Shown: positions 1-13,480 of the stretch, piece by piece
Layout of the letters: the number at the start of each line of letters is the position of its first letter
Numbering within the stretch: the stretch's first letter is position 1
DNA from: Octopus vulgaris
Taxonomy: Eukaryota
Reading direction: 5' to 3'
Assembly: GCA_951406725.2 (NCBI GenBank)
Contig: OX597823.1
Span: forward strand, 39,494,001-39,558,000
DNA: 64,000 bases
Notes under the pieces: generated by a model
The model's database searches: none
The model's input: the letters and a program-made list of their open reading frames with translations, nothing else
What the model was told of the DNA's origin: nothing
Program-made: the position numbers and the translations under genes

Positions 1-518
1 AGAAATGAATTGAAGGAAGGAAGAATGAAGGTAGGACGGTAAGAATGAAGAAAGATGGAAAGAGGGAAGAAAGGAGAATGAAAGAAGGAAGGATACCCGT
101 GGGGTGGGTGAAGGATGGTAGAAGGAAAGAGAGAGGAAAGAATGAAAAGTGGGGTGATAAGAAGAATGAAGAAACGGTGGACGGAAGAAAGAAAGAAAGA
201 ATAACGAAAGAAACATATAAAAAAGGAAGGAAAAAGAAGGATAGGAAGAAGTAAAGTAAGGAAAAAGTGAAAACAAGGAAGACGAAAGGAAGGCTAGACG
301 AAAATAAGAAAGCAATGATGGAAGGAAGGAAGGAAGGAATGGGAGAAAAAATGAAGGAAGAGGTAAAGAAATGTAAGGAAGGGGAGAAAAAGGAAATAGT
401 GTGTGCATGAGGGAGAGAGAGAGAAAGAGAAAGAGAGAGAGAAGGATAGAGACAGAGGGAAAGAGAGAGAGAGAGAAAGAGGGAAAGAGAGAGAGAAAGA
501 GGGAAAGAGAGAGAGAGA

Positions 519-563
<45 letters not shown>

Positions 564-600
564 GGAAAGAGAGAGAGAAAGGGTTAGCAATGGAGACAAT
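1..600. repeat. Purine-rich low-complexity tract ending in (GA)n
   Basis: Almost entirely A/G on + strand; GA dinucleotide run ~410-580. Confidence 0.9.
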
Positions 601-1029
601 AGTGAATGAAGCAAGTGATGATAATGAGAATTTAAAAATCGAAGTTATATATATATATAATATATGTGTATATATATATACATATGACCACATATACATG
701 TGACCAGCGGTGTCAAATGGACGCCTGACGGACTGGTCGGTCAAAGTGATCAAGTGATATATACATATGTGTGTGTGTGTAAGCCTTTGTAGTTGACATA
801 CAAATATGTCAAACTTAGCTCTTTCCATTTATTGTGGTCTCATCAGTGGTCTCACTATACAGAACCCTGAGAAACGCGTAGCCATTCTATTTATGTCTGC
901 ACAACAAATCAAGTAGTTCCAGTTCTCAGGAGCCATTAATTTACATACCGTAAGTATTTAGCATTAAACGTTTAACATTTTATTTTAAAAGCGTCGGGGA
1001 ACCCAGTCCATACAGTTTCAAGGTATTTT

Positions 1030-1428
1030 TAACTTGTTTCATCCATTAGACTATGGCCATGCTGGAGTGTTGAATGACTCAACCCCAGTATTTATTTTTT
1101 AAAGCCTGGAACTTATTCTAATGCTCTCTTTTGCCGAACCGCTCAGTTACAGGGGCGTAAACACACCAACACCAGTTGTCAAGAGATGCTGGGGGACAAA
1201 TACAGACACGCGCGCGCATACATACACACACACACACACTTATTTATTTATATTTATATATATATATATACGACAGGCTTGTTTCAGTTTCCATCTACCA
1301 AATCCAGTCAGAAGATTTTGGTCGGTCCGAGACTATAGTAGAAGACACTTACACAAGGTGCTACGCAGTGGGACTGAACCCAGAACCATATGGTCGGGAA
1401 GCAAACTTCTTACCACACAGCTACGACT
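1030..1428 (-). mobile_element. tRNA-derived SINE, family A
   Basis: Homologous to copies at 33490, 37120 and 43310. Minus-strand tRNA-like head (ctgtgtggtaagaagtttgc...gggttcagtccc), central CA/TA microsatellite, 3' part ccagcatggcc...gaaacaagt. Confidence 0.85.
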
Positions 1429-1607
1429 GTTGTTGGATTGTGTCGGCAGAATATCTACCATTTAGCAAAATCGACGAAAAGATTACAATGAACTTGCTGA
1501 GAGGAGCGAAAAGTCCAACGGTCCGGACAGAGTCCTTCAGGGAAAAGTAGACAGGAATGAAATTCGCACGTCGTTTTGAAGAAGTGAAGATGTGAAGAAT
1601 ATTATGA

Positions 1608-1646
<39 letters not shown>

Positions 1647-1655
1647 TGTATGTAT

Positions 1656-2591
<936 letters not shown>

Positions 2592-2910
2592 TATATATAT
2601 ATATATATATAAATATATATATATATGTGCGTTAGGTTGAGTACAGTTACCTTTTTCTTTTTTTTTTTTGAACAAGTCGCATTTTCAAGTGGCCGCAACT
2701 GATGTGCATCCTACTACTTTGAGTGAGGGATCTTTGCTTCATTCCCATTAAATTTTGTCATTTTGTTTGAGTCAGTCTCTGGTATCCGATAAATATTAGA
2801 CTTTTGAATTGCTGCTTTCACCCTTAATTCTTCTTTGCTTTTTTCTTCCTCTTCCTCAAGCCCTTCCACTCTGTTTTACTGATTCCTATATTCTTCTTCT
2901 TCTTCTTCTT

Positions 2911-3225
<315 letters not shown>

Positions 3226-3248
3226 TGATGATGATGATGATGATGATG

Positions 3249-3452
3249 ATGTGTGTGTGTGTGTGTGTGTAATTTATTCTTTTGAAAATGGCGAATACCA
3301 ATTTTTTTAAAGAATAAATTTTTTATTCAGTTAATAAGTTTGACGCCTTATCTCAAGGAATACCGTGATTTTTATTCCCAGAATCCTTTTCTGAGATGCT
3401 AGTTTGGATTATGCAATACAGCAGTAACTCCTCAAACTGAAAGTGAACCGAA
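3249..3452 (+). repeat. Left arm of a ~200 bp near-perfect inverted repeat (partner 6651-6850)
   Basis: Reverse complement of 6651-6850; about 3 mismatches over the ~180 non-microsatellite bases by eye. Confidence 0.95.
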
Positions 3453-4059
3453 TCTACACAATTCTGTCATTAAAAGTACTTGTCCATACATAACTCAAGG
3501 AGTTTTCGTCCTGTCTAGCTTTTAAAAAGGTAGACTTCCTGGTGTTACTTTTGCTATTAAAAATACACTGCCTCACTGATAAATTTTGGTTTAATTGGAT
3601 TAGAACAGATCTATATTGTAATCGCTCGGCCCGTCAGAAATAGATGTTAGCTTTCCCCTCAAGCCCCACGCCAGCGTGTTAAACAAGAAAGAATATGTTG
3701 GTTAACAGATTTCAATGCTACAAATCAAGTGGGGAAAGCCATGGCTGATGTGATGTTGCTGATATCTTGTAATCAGAACCCGAGTCGTAGTCTTATCCCG
3801 GGTTTGCCCGAAAATCACCTTCGATTGTCTAGCGATTGCCAAGAACCAAAGACAACAGAAAAAAAAGAAGAGAAAGGCGTAAGTAAGAAAGTAACAGACC
3901 GACCGGATGTAACATAACAAACTAAAACGGAAATGTCTCTTAACCTTTAATGGATTGTTAAGACATCACCGGAGCGTGTGACAAACAACAACAATCATAT
4001 AATAGTTTACTGTTGCATCACACACATACGCATACGCGTGCGCACAAACAGACACACTG

Positions 4060-4097
<38 letters not shown>

Positions 4098-4371
4098 CAA
4101 CAAATTGAGGAACGGCTATAATAGGCCGTTCGACCCACTAGAAAAAGCAGCCAGGGCTCCAACCGCAAATAGTAGTAATTCCGGAATCAGATGAAAAATT
4201 AAAAAAGCATTTACCCTATTCATCTTTAGACAATGCATTGTTTCAGCGTTTTTTAATGGTAAACCTCAATTTGTTGCTGAATTTATTAATAGTCTCTGAC
4301 TATTTCCTCTTTCTCACTAGACCGCTGGTGGCAAAATAATTCCTATTGAATTTTTTGCTACCCTAATACTG

Positions 4372-4423
<52 letters not shown>

Positions 4424-5772
4424 TACACAAACAGCTGTTGTATACAAACTTTGCCGTGGTAATATTTTATATATATGTATGTATGTATACACACACACAC
4501 AGACACTCGCGCACCCATATCAGAACCCTATTTATTTTGCATTTACAGTGTGTTAACGTTTTATTAACTCTTTTGACAAAATACTTATAGCTTTTATCGG
4601 TGTAGAAACATTTATCTCTTTAATAAATATCAACGAATAAACGCGATTGCAACCATTTTATCATGGCTGCTTTCGTGTTGATAACGTTGTTGCTATTTGT
4701 TGATGTTTAGAGCGAAGTCGAACCTAACTCAGCGAATTCATGTTCAATGGTGTTCCTTCTATCCGTGACCATCCCTCCTTTTTTATCAGACATATTGTGT
4801 GTCACTGTCTGTTTGTCTCTCTCTCTCTACCTGTGTCTGTCTCTTTTTCTCTCTTTCTCTGTCTCCCTCTCTGTCTCCCTCTCTCTCTCTCTATCTCTCT
4901 CTCTCTCTCTCTCCCTCCTTCTCCCTCTCTGTTTCCCCATGAACACCAAACGACGATTCACCCAGCTGCCTCCCAACCAAACATTCGACACTTTATATAA
5001 CTGATATAACTATCTTATCTATTATTTTTCTTACCCAGTTTCTTCTTAAACGCCTGGTCTCGTGCTGCCTAACAATAACCACACAACTGTTCCTTTCTTT
5101 ACATAACCTTTCTTTAACTTGTATTATTTTTTCTTTCTTCCTTTTTCTACTTTCTATCTTCTGTTTCTTTTTTTTTTCTTCTTTTTCTCCATATATTTTC
5201 ATCGTTGTTCTTTTATATTATGACGACGACTACAACTGTGTGCAACGATTTGTTTATATAACATGCTTTGCACCATTCTTTCATGTCCTCTTCATTCACT
5301 CCAAGATCTTCATTATTTTTCATCATATTTTTTTCATCAATGCCTCTTTTAACGTTCATATTTATTTATCTGTTGATACAAACCTAACCTTTGTCGCTCA
5401 GAGTCCTACAATTACTTCGAAGGATCTTTTTTTTTTATCATCCTTGACCTTTATTTTCGCTTCTACATTTATTCGTAATCTACATAAGCTTCTATAACTA
5501 TAGAATTCGGTGTATTGTAAGCATTTCCTTAGCTACCTGTCAATTTTTTTTGATATTTTTATTCCCCTCCCTATTTTCTCGATCATTCCACCACCAGATG
5601 TAATAACAAAAAGGGTGCCCCATTTTTTGTAAACACCTTATTTTATTACTTTCTTACATCGATATAAGACTTTATAAAAGATAGTAAAAAGCACGATGTT
5701 ACATTCATGCCTTTCTCATGGAAATTTTCGGTGTAAATAAAATTAATTGCTTACAATACTAATTACTAGTGT

Positions 5773-5965
5773 AAGGCGGCGAGCTGGCTGAATATTAAGC
5801 GGCATTTCATTTGTCTGTACGTTCTGAGTTCGAATTCTGTCAAGGTCAGATTTGCCTTTCATCCTTTTGGGGTCGATAAAATGAGTACCAGTACTGTAGT
5901 CGACCAGTGCTGTAGTCGACTTCAAGCCCTTCCCCGAAATTGCTAGCCTTGTGCCAAAATTTGTC
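5773..5965 (+). mobile_element. SINE family B
   Basis: aggcggcgagctggc head; gcctttcatccttttggggtcgataaa core. Confidence 0.8.
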
Positions 5966-6650
5966 AGATAAAGTTGTTCCTCCCCCTCCATTTATTTAAC
6001 CCTTTCTGGTGTCATTTTAATTGACACGAAAATATTTTTAACGTAATGTTTTACCTTTTTTTTTTAGCTCTATACTTCTTCTATAACACTTGCTTATCAT
6101 TTTAGAAATTTGAATAAATTTTACCTTTTTTCATACGACGATAGATCGCCAAGTAGAAAAAAAAACGAAGGAACTTATCTGACAAATCAAAAGAAACCGG
6201 CCTCTATTATCCTCCTCCAATGTAATATTTAAGAATATTTTTCTTATATAAAATATTCTTTTCACATCGCATTCCTCATTCCTTTTTCCTTTGGACAAAT
6301 TACTTCACAATGAATCTCAACATTTCTGGTTTTCATGCTTCACTAATTTCTGCAATTACTCTCATGTTCATCATGAAATTCTTTGAGTCCTTTGTTTGTT
6401 TAAATTCCTATCTTGATGAGTTCTTTTCTATTTGCTTAATTATATTCCAATATAATTCAATGTCTTCATGTAACATTCCAGAATTTGTGTCATTAACTCG
6501 ATTCATATGTGTTCAGTGTTTCAGATATATATATATGTCCATACACATATGTATGTACACACACACACACGTCTTTAAATCGCTAAAAGTAAGGACCTGA
6601 CATTCTTTAGTCATTCTTTGTTTCCGTTTTACATCAGCATTTGTCCAACT

Positions 6651-6850
6651 TTCTGTTCACTTTCAGTTTGATGAGTTACTGCTGTATTGCATAATCCAAA
6701 CTAGCATCTCAGAAAAGAATTCTGGGAATAAAAATCACGGTATTCCTTGAGATAAGGCGTCAAACTTATTAACTGAATAAAAAATTTATTCTTTAAAAAA
6801 ATTGGTATTCGCCATTTTCAAAAGAATAAATTACGCACACACACACACAT
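6651..6850 (-). repeat. Right arm of inverted repeat (partner 3249-3452)
   Basis: Direct reverse-complement comparison. Confidence 0.95.
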
Positions 6851-7429
6851 AAAACCAGTCGCCATGCCTGATTGCTAAATCCACAAGTTTTTTATTCTCA
6901 ATTTTGAGGCGGCCTCGTGATTAGTGTTGGATTCACAATCATACGGTCGTGGGTTGGGTTCCTGGATCGGTTGGAGTATTGTGTCTTTAAGCAAGGCACA
7001 TCATTTGATACTGCTCAAGTGTACTCAGCTGACAATGAGCACATGCTAAATACTAGTGTAGCCGTCTCCCTCTAATGGTCGCATCTTCGAGAGGAAGGGA
7101 GCCGAGAGGGTGTCCATACCTGATTGTGACTGCATAGGTATCTAAAATAGTTAGCGAAGTATGATACGAAGTTACCAGATCAAACTCGCTTGCGAGTGAC
7201 GGCTAAGCTTAAGTAGTGATGGTTAGAAACGACTGGCTATATGCTTTTCTTACGTTTAGTTTCTCGTCTCTACACCCTGAGTTCAAATCTTGCCTGCTCG
7301 AAAACTGTCCTTCATTCCTCTGGGACTGATGAAGTAAATATATATGAGATATTCATAGCTGTTCTGTCGACTATACACCACACAAAATGTTGATTAAAGT
7401 TAAACTATGTAATTAATATCATAATATTA

Positions 7430-7830
7430 TGAGGCTTAGGTCCAGATCACGTTCTGAATTCAAATTCTGCTGAGGCCGAAGTTGCCTGTCATCCTTTCGG
7501 GGTCGATAAAATAAATACCAGTTGATGGCTGGGGATGATGCACTCGACTTCCATCCATCCTCAAAATTGCCGGCTTTGTGTCAAAATTGGAAAGAATTCT
7601 ATATTACTAGGTCTGTAGATTGGCGAAATCAATAGACTTACAGTTTTTAGAAATTCCTTTTTAGCATTTAATTTCGTTTTTGGGTTCAGTTCCCGCCGAG
7701 GCTAACATTACCTATTTTCCTTTTGGGAGTGATAAAAATCAATCGTCTTTCAAATACTAGGGTCTGTTTAAATGATAATAACACATCCCAAATTTGGAAG
7801 TTCTTGTACCTAAGCTAGAAATCAATATAA
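7430..7830 (+). mobile_element. Two degenerate SINE family B copies
   Basis: gttctgaattcaaattctgctgagg and catcctttcggggtcgataaa motifs; second copy more decayed. Confidence 0.6.
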
Positions 7831-8070
7831 TCTAATTAACTTCCGAGATATATCGGCTCTACATGTATAGTGATCCGATATCACCATACATGTAGTGTAT
7901 AGTGACATACACTACATGTATATAGATAATATTTGCTTACCATAGGTTTTTAAAGACAAGCTGTTTAATAATTTAGAGGCTTAGATTTATTTTAATAGAA
8001 TATATATTTCTTTTAGTGTGTCTATCATAAATAGGAGAGGTAAGAAAAGAAAATAGAAAAAAGGAAAAAA

Positions 8071-8151
8071 CATATGGCGTAGTGGTTAAGAGCGCAGGCA
8101 ACTAACCCCAAGATTCCGAGTTCGATTCCAGGCAGTGACTTGAATAATAAC

Positions 8152-8206
<55 letters not shown>

Positions 8207-8385
8207 TCGAAAAATACCTTAGGAATGAGAACCCAGGTTCGAAATTTCCCCAAGACACCTGATGAAGGCTGGAGGGTATATCAGCCGAAACGTTGTGTTA
8301 ACAACGAACAAGATGAGGACAGATACCCGTCAAATGTAAATACTGTAAATGATATACATAATCCCTCTTCTCTTAAATATAGAAC
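8071..8385 (+). mobile_element. tRNA-headed SINE-like element with internal (AAT)n and a hammerhead motif
   Basis: A box tggcgtagtgg 8075-8085, B box gagttcgattcc 8118-8129, (AAT)n spacer, then hammerhead at 8255-8298. Confidence 0.65.
8255..8298 (+). ncRNA. Minimal type I hammerhead ribozyme motif
   Basis: acac-CTGATGA-a-ggctg(gagggtatat)cagcc-GAAA-cg-TT-gtgt: helix I acac/gtgt, helix II ggctg/cagcc, palindromic AACGTT in place of helix III. Confidence 0.8.
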
Positions 8386-8686
8386 TGTATTACATTTAAA
8401 TCCAATTACAACACTGGCAAAAATTTAAGTTCTTTGATTTCATTGATAAAGGTATCTGATAATAACGCCAATGATAAAACAAATGATAAAAATATTATAA
8501 AGGCGTTACCGATTAGTGATATCCCTATTTTGATAATTAGCGTTTCCTGGTTTCTCTATTTTACCATATTCGCTTTCGAATCTGCCGTAACGTATTGAGA
8601 ATGAATATGTATGTCATGGTCTTGATTCTTGTTGCTCACTGCACACATAACGAATTATTATGGGTTGACGTATAAGAATGAATATA

Positions 8687-9567
8687 CACGGTGCGGTGAA
8701 TAAACTGTCGTCTAAATTACTCATAAATAAAAATAACACTGACATCTCATTTTAACAGATATATTTACCAAAATTGCATAAAAATATCTTGAAATACTAA
8801 AGATTAAATTCGTTCAATAAAATCGCTATTGGAACCACGGCCTCCTGACGACTTCGGAATCTCCTGCAATTCGTCTGGGCGGTTTTCTTGTTTAAGTCGG
8901 TGAATGTTGCCATGATCCGTGCCTTCAGTTCATCTTTGGTGTTACAAGGAGTTTTGTTGGTCTCTCGCTAAATAGTGCCCCCTACACAATAATTAAGAGG
9001 GTTACAGCCTAGAGAGTTAGGTGGCCAAATGTTAGGGGTGATGTGGTCGCAGAAATTGTCTGATAGCCATGACTGGGTACTCTTGCTTGTGTGACATGGT
9101 GCAGAGTCTTGTTGCGAGAAATAGAGTCTAGCAGCAGCTACCCTCTTGGCCCAGAGCTGTACTACATCCTCCAGTCACCTGATGTAGCCCTCCGTGTTGA
9201 GTATGAGGCCGTGTGGGAAGATAAATGGAGTCATAACGTTTTTATCACTAGTGATCACTCCAAACACTATGATATGACTGGATGTTTGATTTTTATCCCT
9301 CTCAGTACATGTCCTCACTTTGCACTGTCCTCAGAGTGACACCCAAACACTCTGAAATATTTGTATTGGAGCTCCCAGCGCAAATGCTAAGCAGTACAGC
9401 ATGTCGTTTCCAAATTTCTGGCAGAGTGAATTGCGTCATACTGTTTTTCTCACAGACGGTCCCCAACTGCCCCTTCTATACTGTGTAGTCGACAAAATCA
9501 AAAGCAAACAATATACATGCACGAAATAAAAAATATAAAATGGCGACAATTTATCCATCGCACCCTG
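8687..9567 (-). mobile_element. Internally deleted Tc1/mariner-superfamily fossil (maT/DD37D-like)
   Basis: Imperfect TIRs cacggtgcggtgaataaactgtcg / cgacaatttatccatcgcaccctg flanked by TA; minus-strand remnants QDSAPCHTS and WPPNSLGCNPLNY (cf. WPPxSPDxNPLDY). Confidence 0.8.
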
Positions 9568-9826
9568 TATATGTCTTCGTTTATAGTTTCTTTTACCATA
9601 TAACTTTCTTTTAGATGAAGCCTTAAATATTGTCAAAAGAGGCAGAAACGCCGACCAAGAACAATTTGTGTAATATAGATAGAAAGTGGTCAACTTTCTT
9701 CTTGTATTTTATTTCTAAATACTGTTGTATTAGTAGGAAATTTCTCTGCTATGTTGTTTGTTCCTTCCAATTCTTTTCTATTCGCCTCGAAAACATTTCC
9801 AGTTTTTCATTTAGTTATTCTTTAGA

Positions 9827-10154
9827 ATTTTGCTCCTTTTCCATCTATCTTTAATAGAAAATCTTTCCTATATTTGTATAGCTATTATATCACGTATCGA
9901 GTAAACACGAAATTCGTTTGTCGAAATCAGCTGTATTTTCAATTAGCAATCTCTCAAATTTATGTTTTTTTTCATGTCACAAAATTTTCTTCAAAATCTA
10001 CAACAGAAAAATTGGTAAGCCAGGGATCATTCTCATATAATTTTCGGTTCCCTTCTTGATCATTCCTAGTGCTCCTACGATCACTGGTATTGTAACCGCC
10101 TTGAGATGCCACATTTTCTCAATTTCAATGAGCAGGTCTTTATATTTTCTGAGC

Positions 10155-10207
<53 letters not shown>

Positions 10208-10392
10208 TTGCTCCTTTTCCATCTATCTTTAAAAGAAAATCTTTCCTATATTTGTATAGCTATTATGTCACATATCGAGTAAACACGAAATTCGTTTGTC
10301 GAAATCAGCTATATTTTCAATTAGCAAACTCTCAAATTTGTGTTTTTTTTCATGTCACAAAATTTTCTTCAAAATCTACAACAGAAAAATTG
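9827..10392. repeat. 188-bp direct duplication (9827-10014 / 10205-10392) flanking a 190-bp insert
   Basis: Both copies run attttgctcc...cagaaaaattg; about 6 substitutions. Confidence 0.95.
10015..10157 (-). mobile_element. R4/Dong-like non-LTR fragment (restriction-like endonuclease region)
   Basis: Translates KLRKYKDLLIEIEKMWHLKAVTIPVIVGALG; nearly identical to 52125-52268; preceded by (AAT)n. Confidence 0.8.
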
Positions 10393-10634
10393 TTTCTAAC
10401 ACGTAATCTTCGATGTCTCCACTAATATTTTTACTGTTCCCACCGTCATCTTATTATTTTTTTTTATCGTTGTTTCATCAAAGTAGATGGAAATTTTGAA
10501 TTTTTCTTTTTTTTTTTCAGTATATCTGGCAATAGTTGAAACGACTGTGACTTTACCAACTTTTCATCGTTTAACTTCATCTTCGCTTTTGCTGCCGTTA
10601 TTATTAATGAACATCAAAATTATTATTATTATTA

Positions 10635-10760
<126 letters not shown>

Positions 10761-10784
10761 ATAGTAGTAGTAGTAGTAGTATCC

Positions 10785-10910
10785 AGTTCACGTCTTGAGT
10801 TCAGAGGTCAACTGAATCCTTTCGGGGTCGATTAAAATGAGTACCAGTCAAGTTCTGGGTTCGTTGTAATCGACTTCTCACAGCTTGCTGACAAAAATTT
10901 GAAACAATTA
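10785..10910 (+). mobile_element. Degenerate SINE family B
   Basis: cctttcggggtcgattaaaatgagtaccag core. Confidence 0.6.
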
Positions 10911-11072
10911 CTATTATCATCATCATCATCATTACTATTATTATTATTATCATTATTATTATTATTACTATTACTATCATCATCATCATCATCATCATCA
11001 TTATTATTATTATTATTATTACTATTACTATCATCATCATCCTCATCCTCATCATCATCATCATCATCATCA

Positions 11073-11130
<58 letters not shown>

Positions 11131-11446
11131 TACTATTACTATTACTATCATCATCGTCATCATCATCATCATCATCTTCATCATTATTATTACTATCAAG
11201 AAGGCGAGGTGGAAGACTCCTTAAGTGCGTCGGAGAAAATGCGTTAGTAACATTTTACTGGCTTTATGTCCTGAGTTCAAATCACGGCGAGATGAACTTT
11301 CGGGTCGATGAAATAAAGTATCAGTCAAGTGTTGGAGTCGGTGAAATCGACAATGCCCTCTCCTCTTACGCTTATTGGTCTTGTAACATTTATAATTATT
11401 GTCGCGGAGAGTGTTGTTTGTAGTGGAAGTAGTGGCAGCAGTTATC

Positions 11447-11504
<58 letters not shown>

Positions 11505-12249
11505 TGATGGTGGTGGTTGTTGTTGTTGTTGTTGTTGTTGTAAGTTAGCACGAGATTTGTCTCTACTTTGTTCAGAGAATTTTGAATTTCTTACGAAGTA
11601 CAAACGAAAGATTTATTCTTTGATAATTTTTATCGGGTACCTTCTGGGAGGTGTTAGGAATGCCCAACCCGAACCGAGGGAGTCATAACGTCTGTCAGTT
11701 TTGGAGAATATTTTTTTTTCCTGCTTTTGTTTACATCCAGCACAAAGTGCCCTCTCAGCAGAAAACCGCCCCTAAAATATGATAAATATAATAAATATAA
11801 TAAGTCATCACAAAAATTGTGAAATAAAAATAAGAACAAATTTAATTTCACGTCAAGTCCGACGCATTATAGACGAAAATTTCACGATATTTAAACAATT
11901 ACAAACGTTGATTTGAACGATACTGTTAACAAAACAATAACGACCAAGTTTTGCCGAATGACAAGAAACAAAAGTATCGTTTTGAACAACACAGACATTT
12001 TGATATGCTGTTAGTATCATTGAGAAATTGAACATGAGTAACCTGCAGAGATATTTTACAAAGAAATGGCTTCATCACCTGAAATCTTCATCTATGAGTG
12101 TGCAAGAACAAAGAAAGGGATAGGGTTTATGGGACCTAATTTCAAACATGAAAACGTGCCGAAAAAACAGGTAAAGCAGGCGTCTCATACATCTACCTAT
12201 AGATCACTAAAGACCACCATAAACTTGTAGGCCACTGGCACAATATATG

Positions 12250-12400
12250 GATTGGTGCAGCATGAAGGTCACGGTGAAGGACATTAGTGAAGATGTTGAT
12301 CTTCAGGTCGTTGCCATCTTTGTAGCACAGTACGGGCATGTTTTGAACACGGAAGTGACTAGAAACGACGTGCGATCGAATGGGGTCGTCAATGACTGAG
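12250..12400 (+). pseudogene. Possible decayed non-LTR ORF1 (gag-like) fragment
   Basis: Reads KVTVKDISEDVDLQVVAIFVAQYGHVL, resembling the RRM-like V-x-V...YG-x-V pattern of L1/Tx1 ORF1; no other support. Confidence 0.3.
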
Positions 12401-12789
12401 AAATGACCAAAAGGGTTCTCAGGTGTATTACACCCACAGTGAGACTTGTGCTGCAGATTAGACAGTCAAGTTGTACAACATGTGCGCCAGCTGGGCTCCC
12501 TATCATTTAAGAGCCATTTAAGTGCTTTCTACCCGGAAGTTGAAAATACAAAAAAAAAAAAAAAAATCAAGCGAACAACAACTACAAGAACTGTTGCTCT
12601 CAGAGTAGCTCATTGGTCGAGGTACCGGAAATAGCGGAAGAGAAACACGCACAAGCGCACGTGCAATAACAAAACAGAAATATGTATTTTAAAAAATTTT
12701 GATACTGTTTATTTTATATTAATTTTGTTGTTGCTTCTGATGTCGCACGTCAATTATCGAATTTGCTCTGTTGACCTTTACTGATTTCA

Positions 12790-12925
12790 AATTTTGGCAC
12801 AATGCCAGCAATTTCAGAGTAGGGGATAAGTCGATTACATCAAACCCCAGTGTTAAACTGGTACTTTATCGACCTCGAAAGGATGAAAGGCAAAGTCGAT
12901 TTGGGAGGAATTAGAACTCAGAATA
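12790..12925 (-). mobile_element. SINE family B, partial
   Basis: tcgacctcgaaaggatgaaaggcaaagtcga and aactcagaa motifs. Confidence 0.75.
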
Positions 12926-13239
12926 GTAGTAAATCGTTACTGCCATCACTGCCCCCACCCACCATCCCTGTTTATTATAAAAACACTCTACTACTAGTAG
13001 TAGTAGTACTGCTGTTGCCAGTAAACTAGCATTCCACACATGTAGGCAACATGGAATGCATGAAAGAAAGTTAGAAGTAAAAAGGTCAAAATCTCCCTCA
13101 GATCACATCTGCTTTAAGGAGGGAGCAGGCATATTGACTAGTTTAATCTTAGATTGACTACGCCTGAGTTTTAGACATGATGGTCACGAATAGAGTATGC
13201 AGTGACTAGTGGAACCTCTCATCGTTACTTTTGTTATTT

Positions 13240-13480
13240 CTGCTGTGCGTGCGTGTGTGCTTTGTATCAGTTCCTCGCCTATCTCACAATGCTTGGCAAT
13301 CAGTGTTGGCTCATTTACATTTCCGTAAGTTGATGACTTGGCAAAAAAGAGACCGATACTATAAGTACCAGACTTCAAAAAAAAAATAATAATAAATAAA
13401 AAAAGAAGAAGAAGCGCTGTGGTCGATGGCTGCAGTCCAATGATTGAAACAATTAAAAGAGAAAAAGATAAAAGACGAAA
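13240..13480 (+). mobile_element. SINE family A, 3' half
   Basis: ggcaaaaaagagaccgat...ataagtacc and tgattgaaacaattaaaaga tail. Confidence 0.65.

Noticed and set aside
815-885. Hammerhead-like ctgatga (minus) and gaaacgcgt (plus)
   Set aside because: Helix II cannot be closed convincingly; too decayed to call.
3709-3878. Candidate exon (aacag acceptor, gtaagt donor, NATNQVGKAMADVMLLI) inside the first inverted repeat
   Set aside because: No polypyrimidine tract, and the surrounding sequence resembles a decayed old repeat also seen at ~13080, ~19290 and ~26930.
7850-7925. Short ctacatgta palindromic cluster
   Set aside because: Short, low-complexity, no associated element.
8075-8135. tRNA gene
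   Set aside because: A and B boxes are present but there is no acceptor stem; it is a SINE-type head. The same applies to the heads of families A and C.
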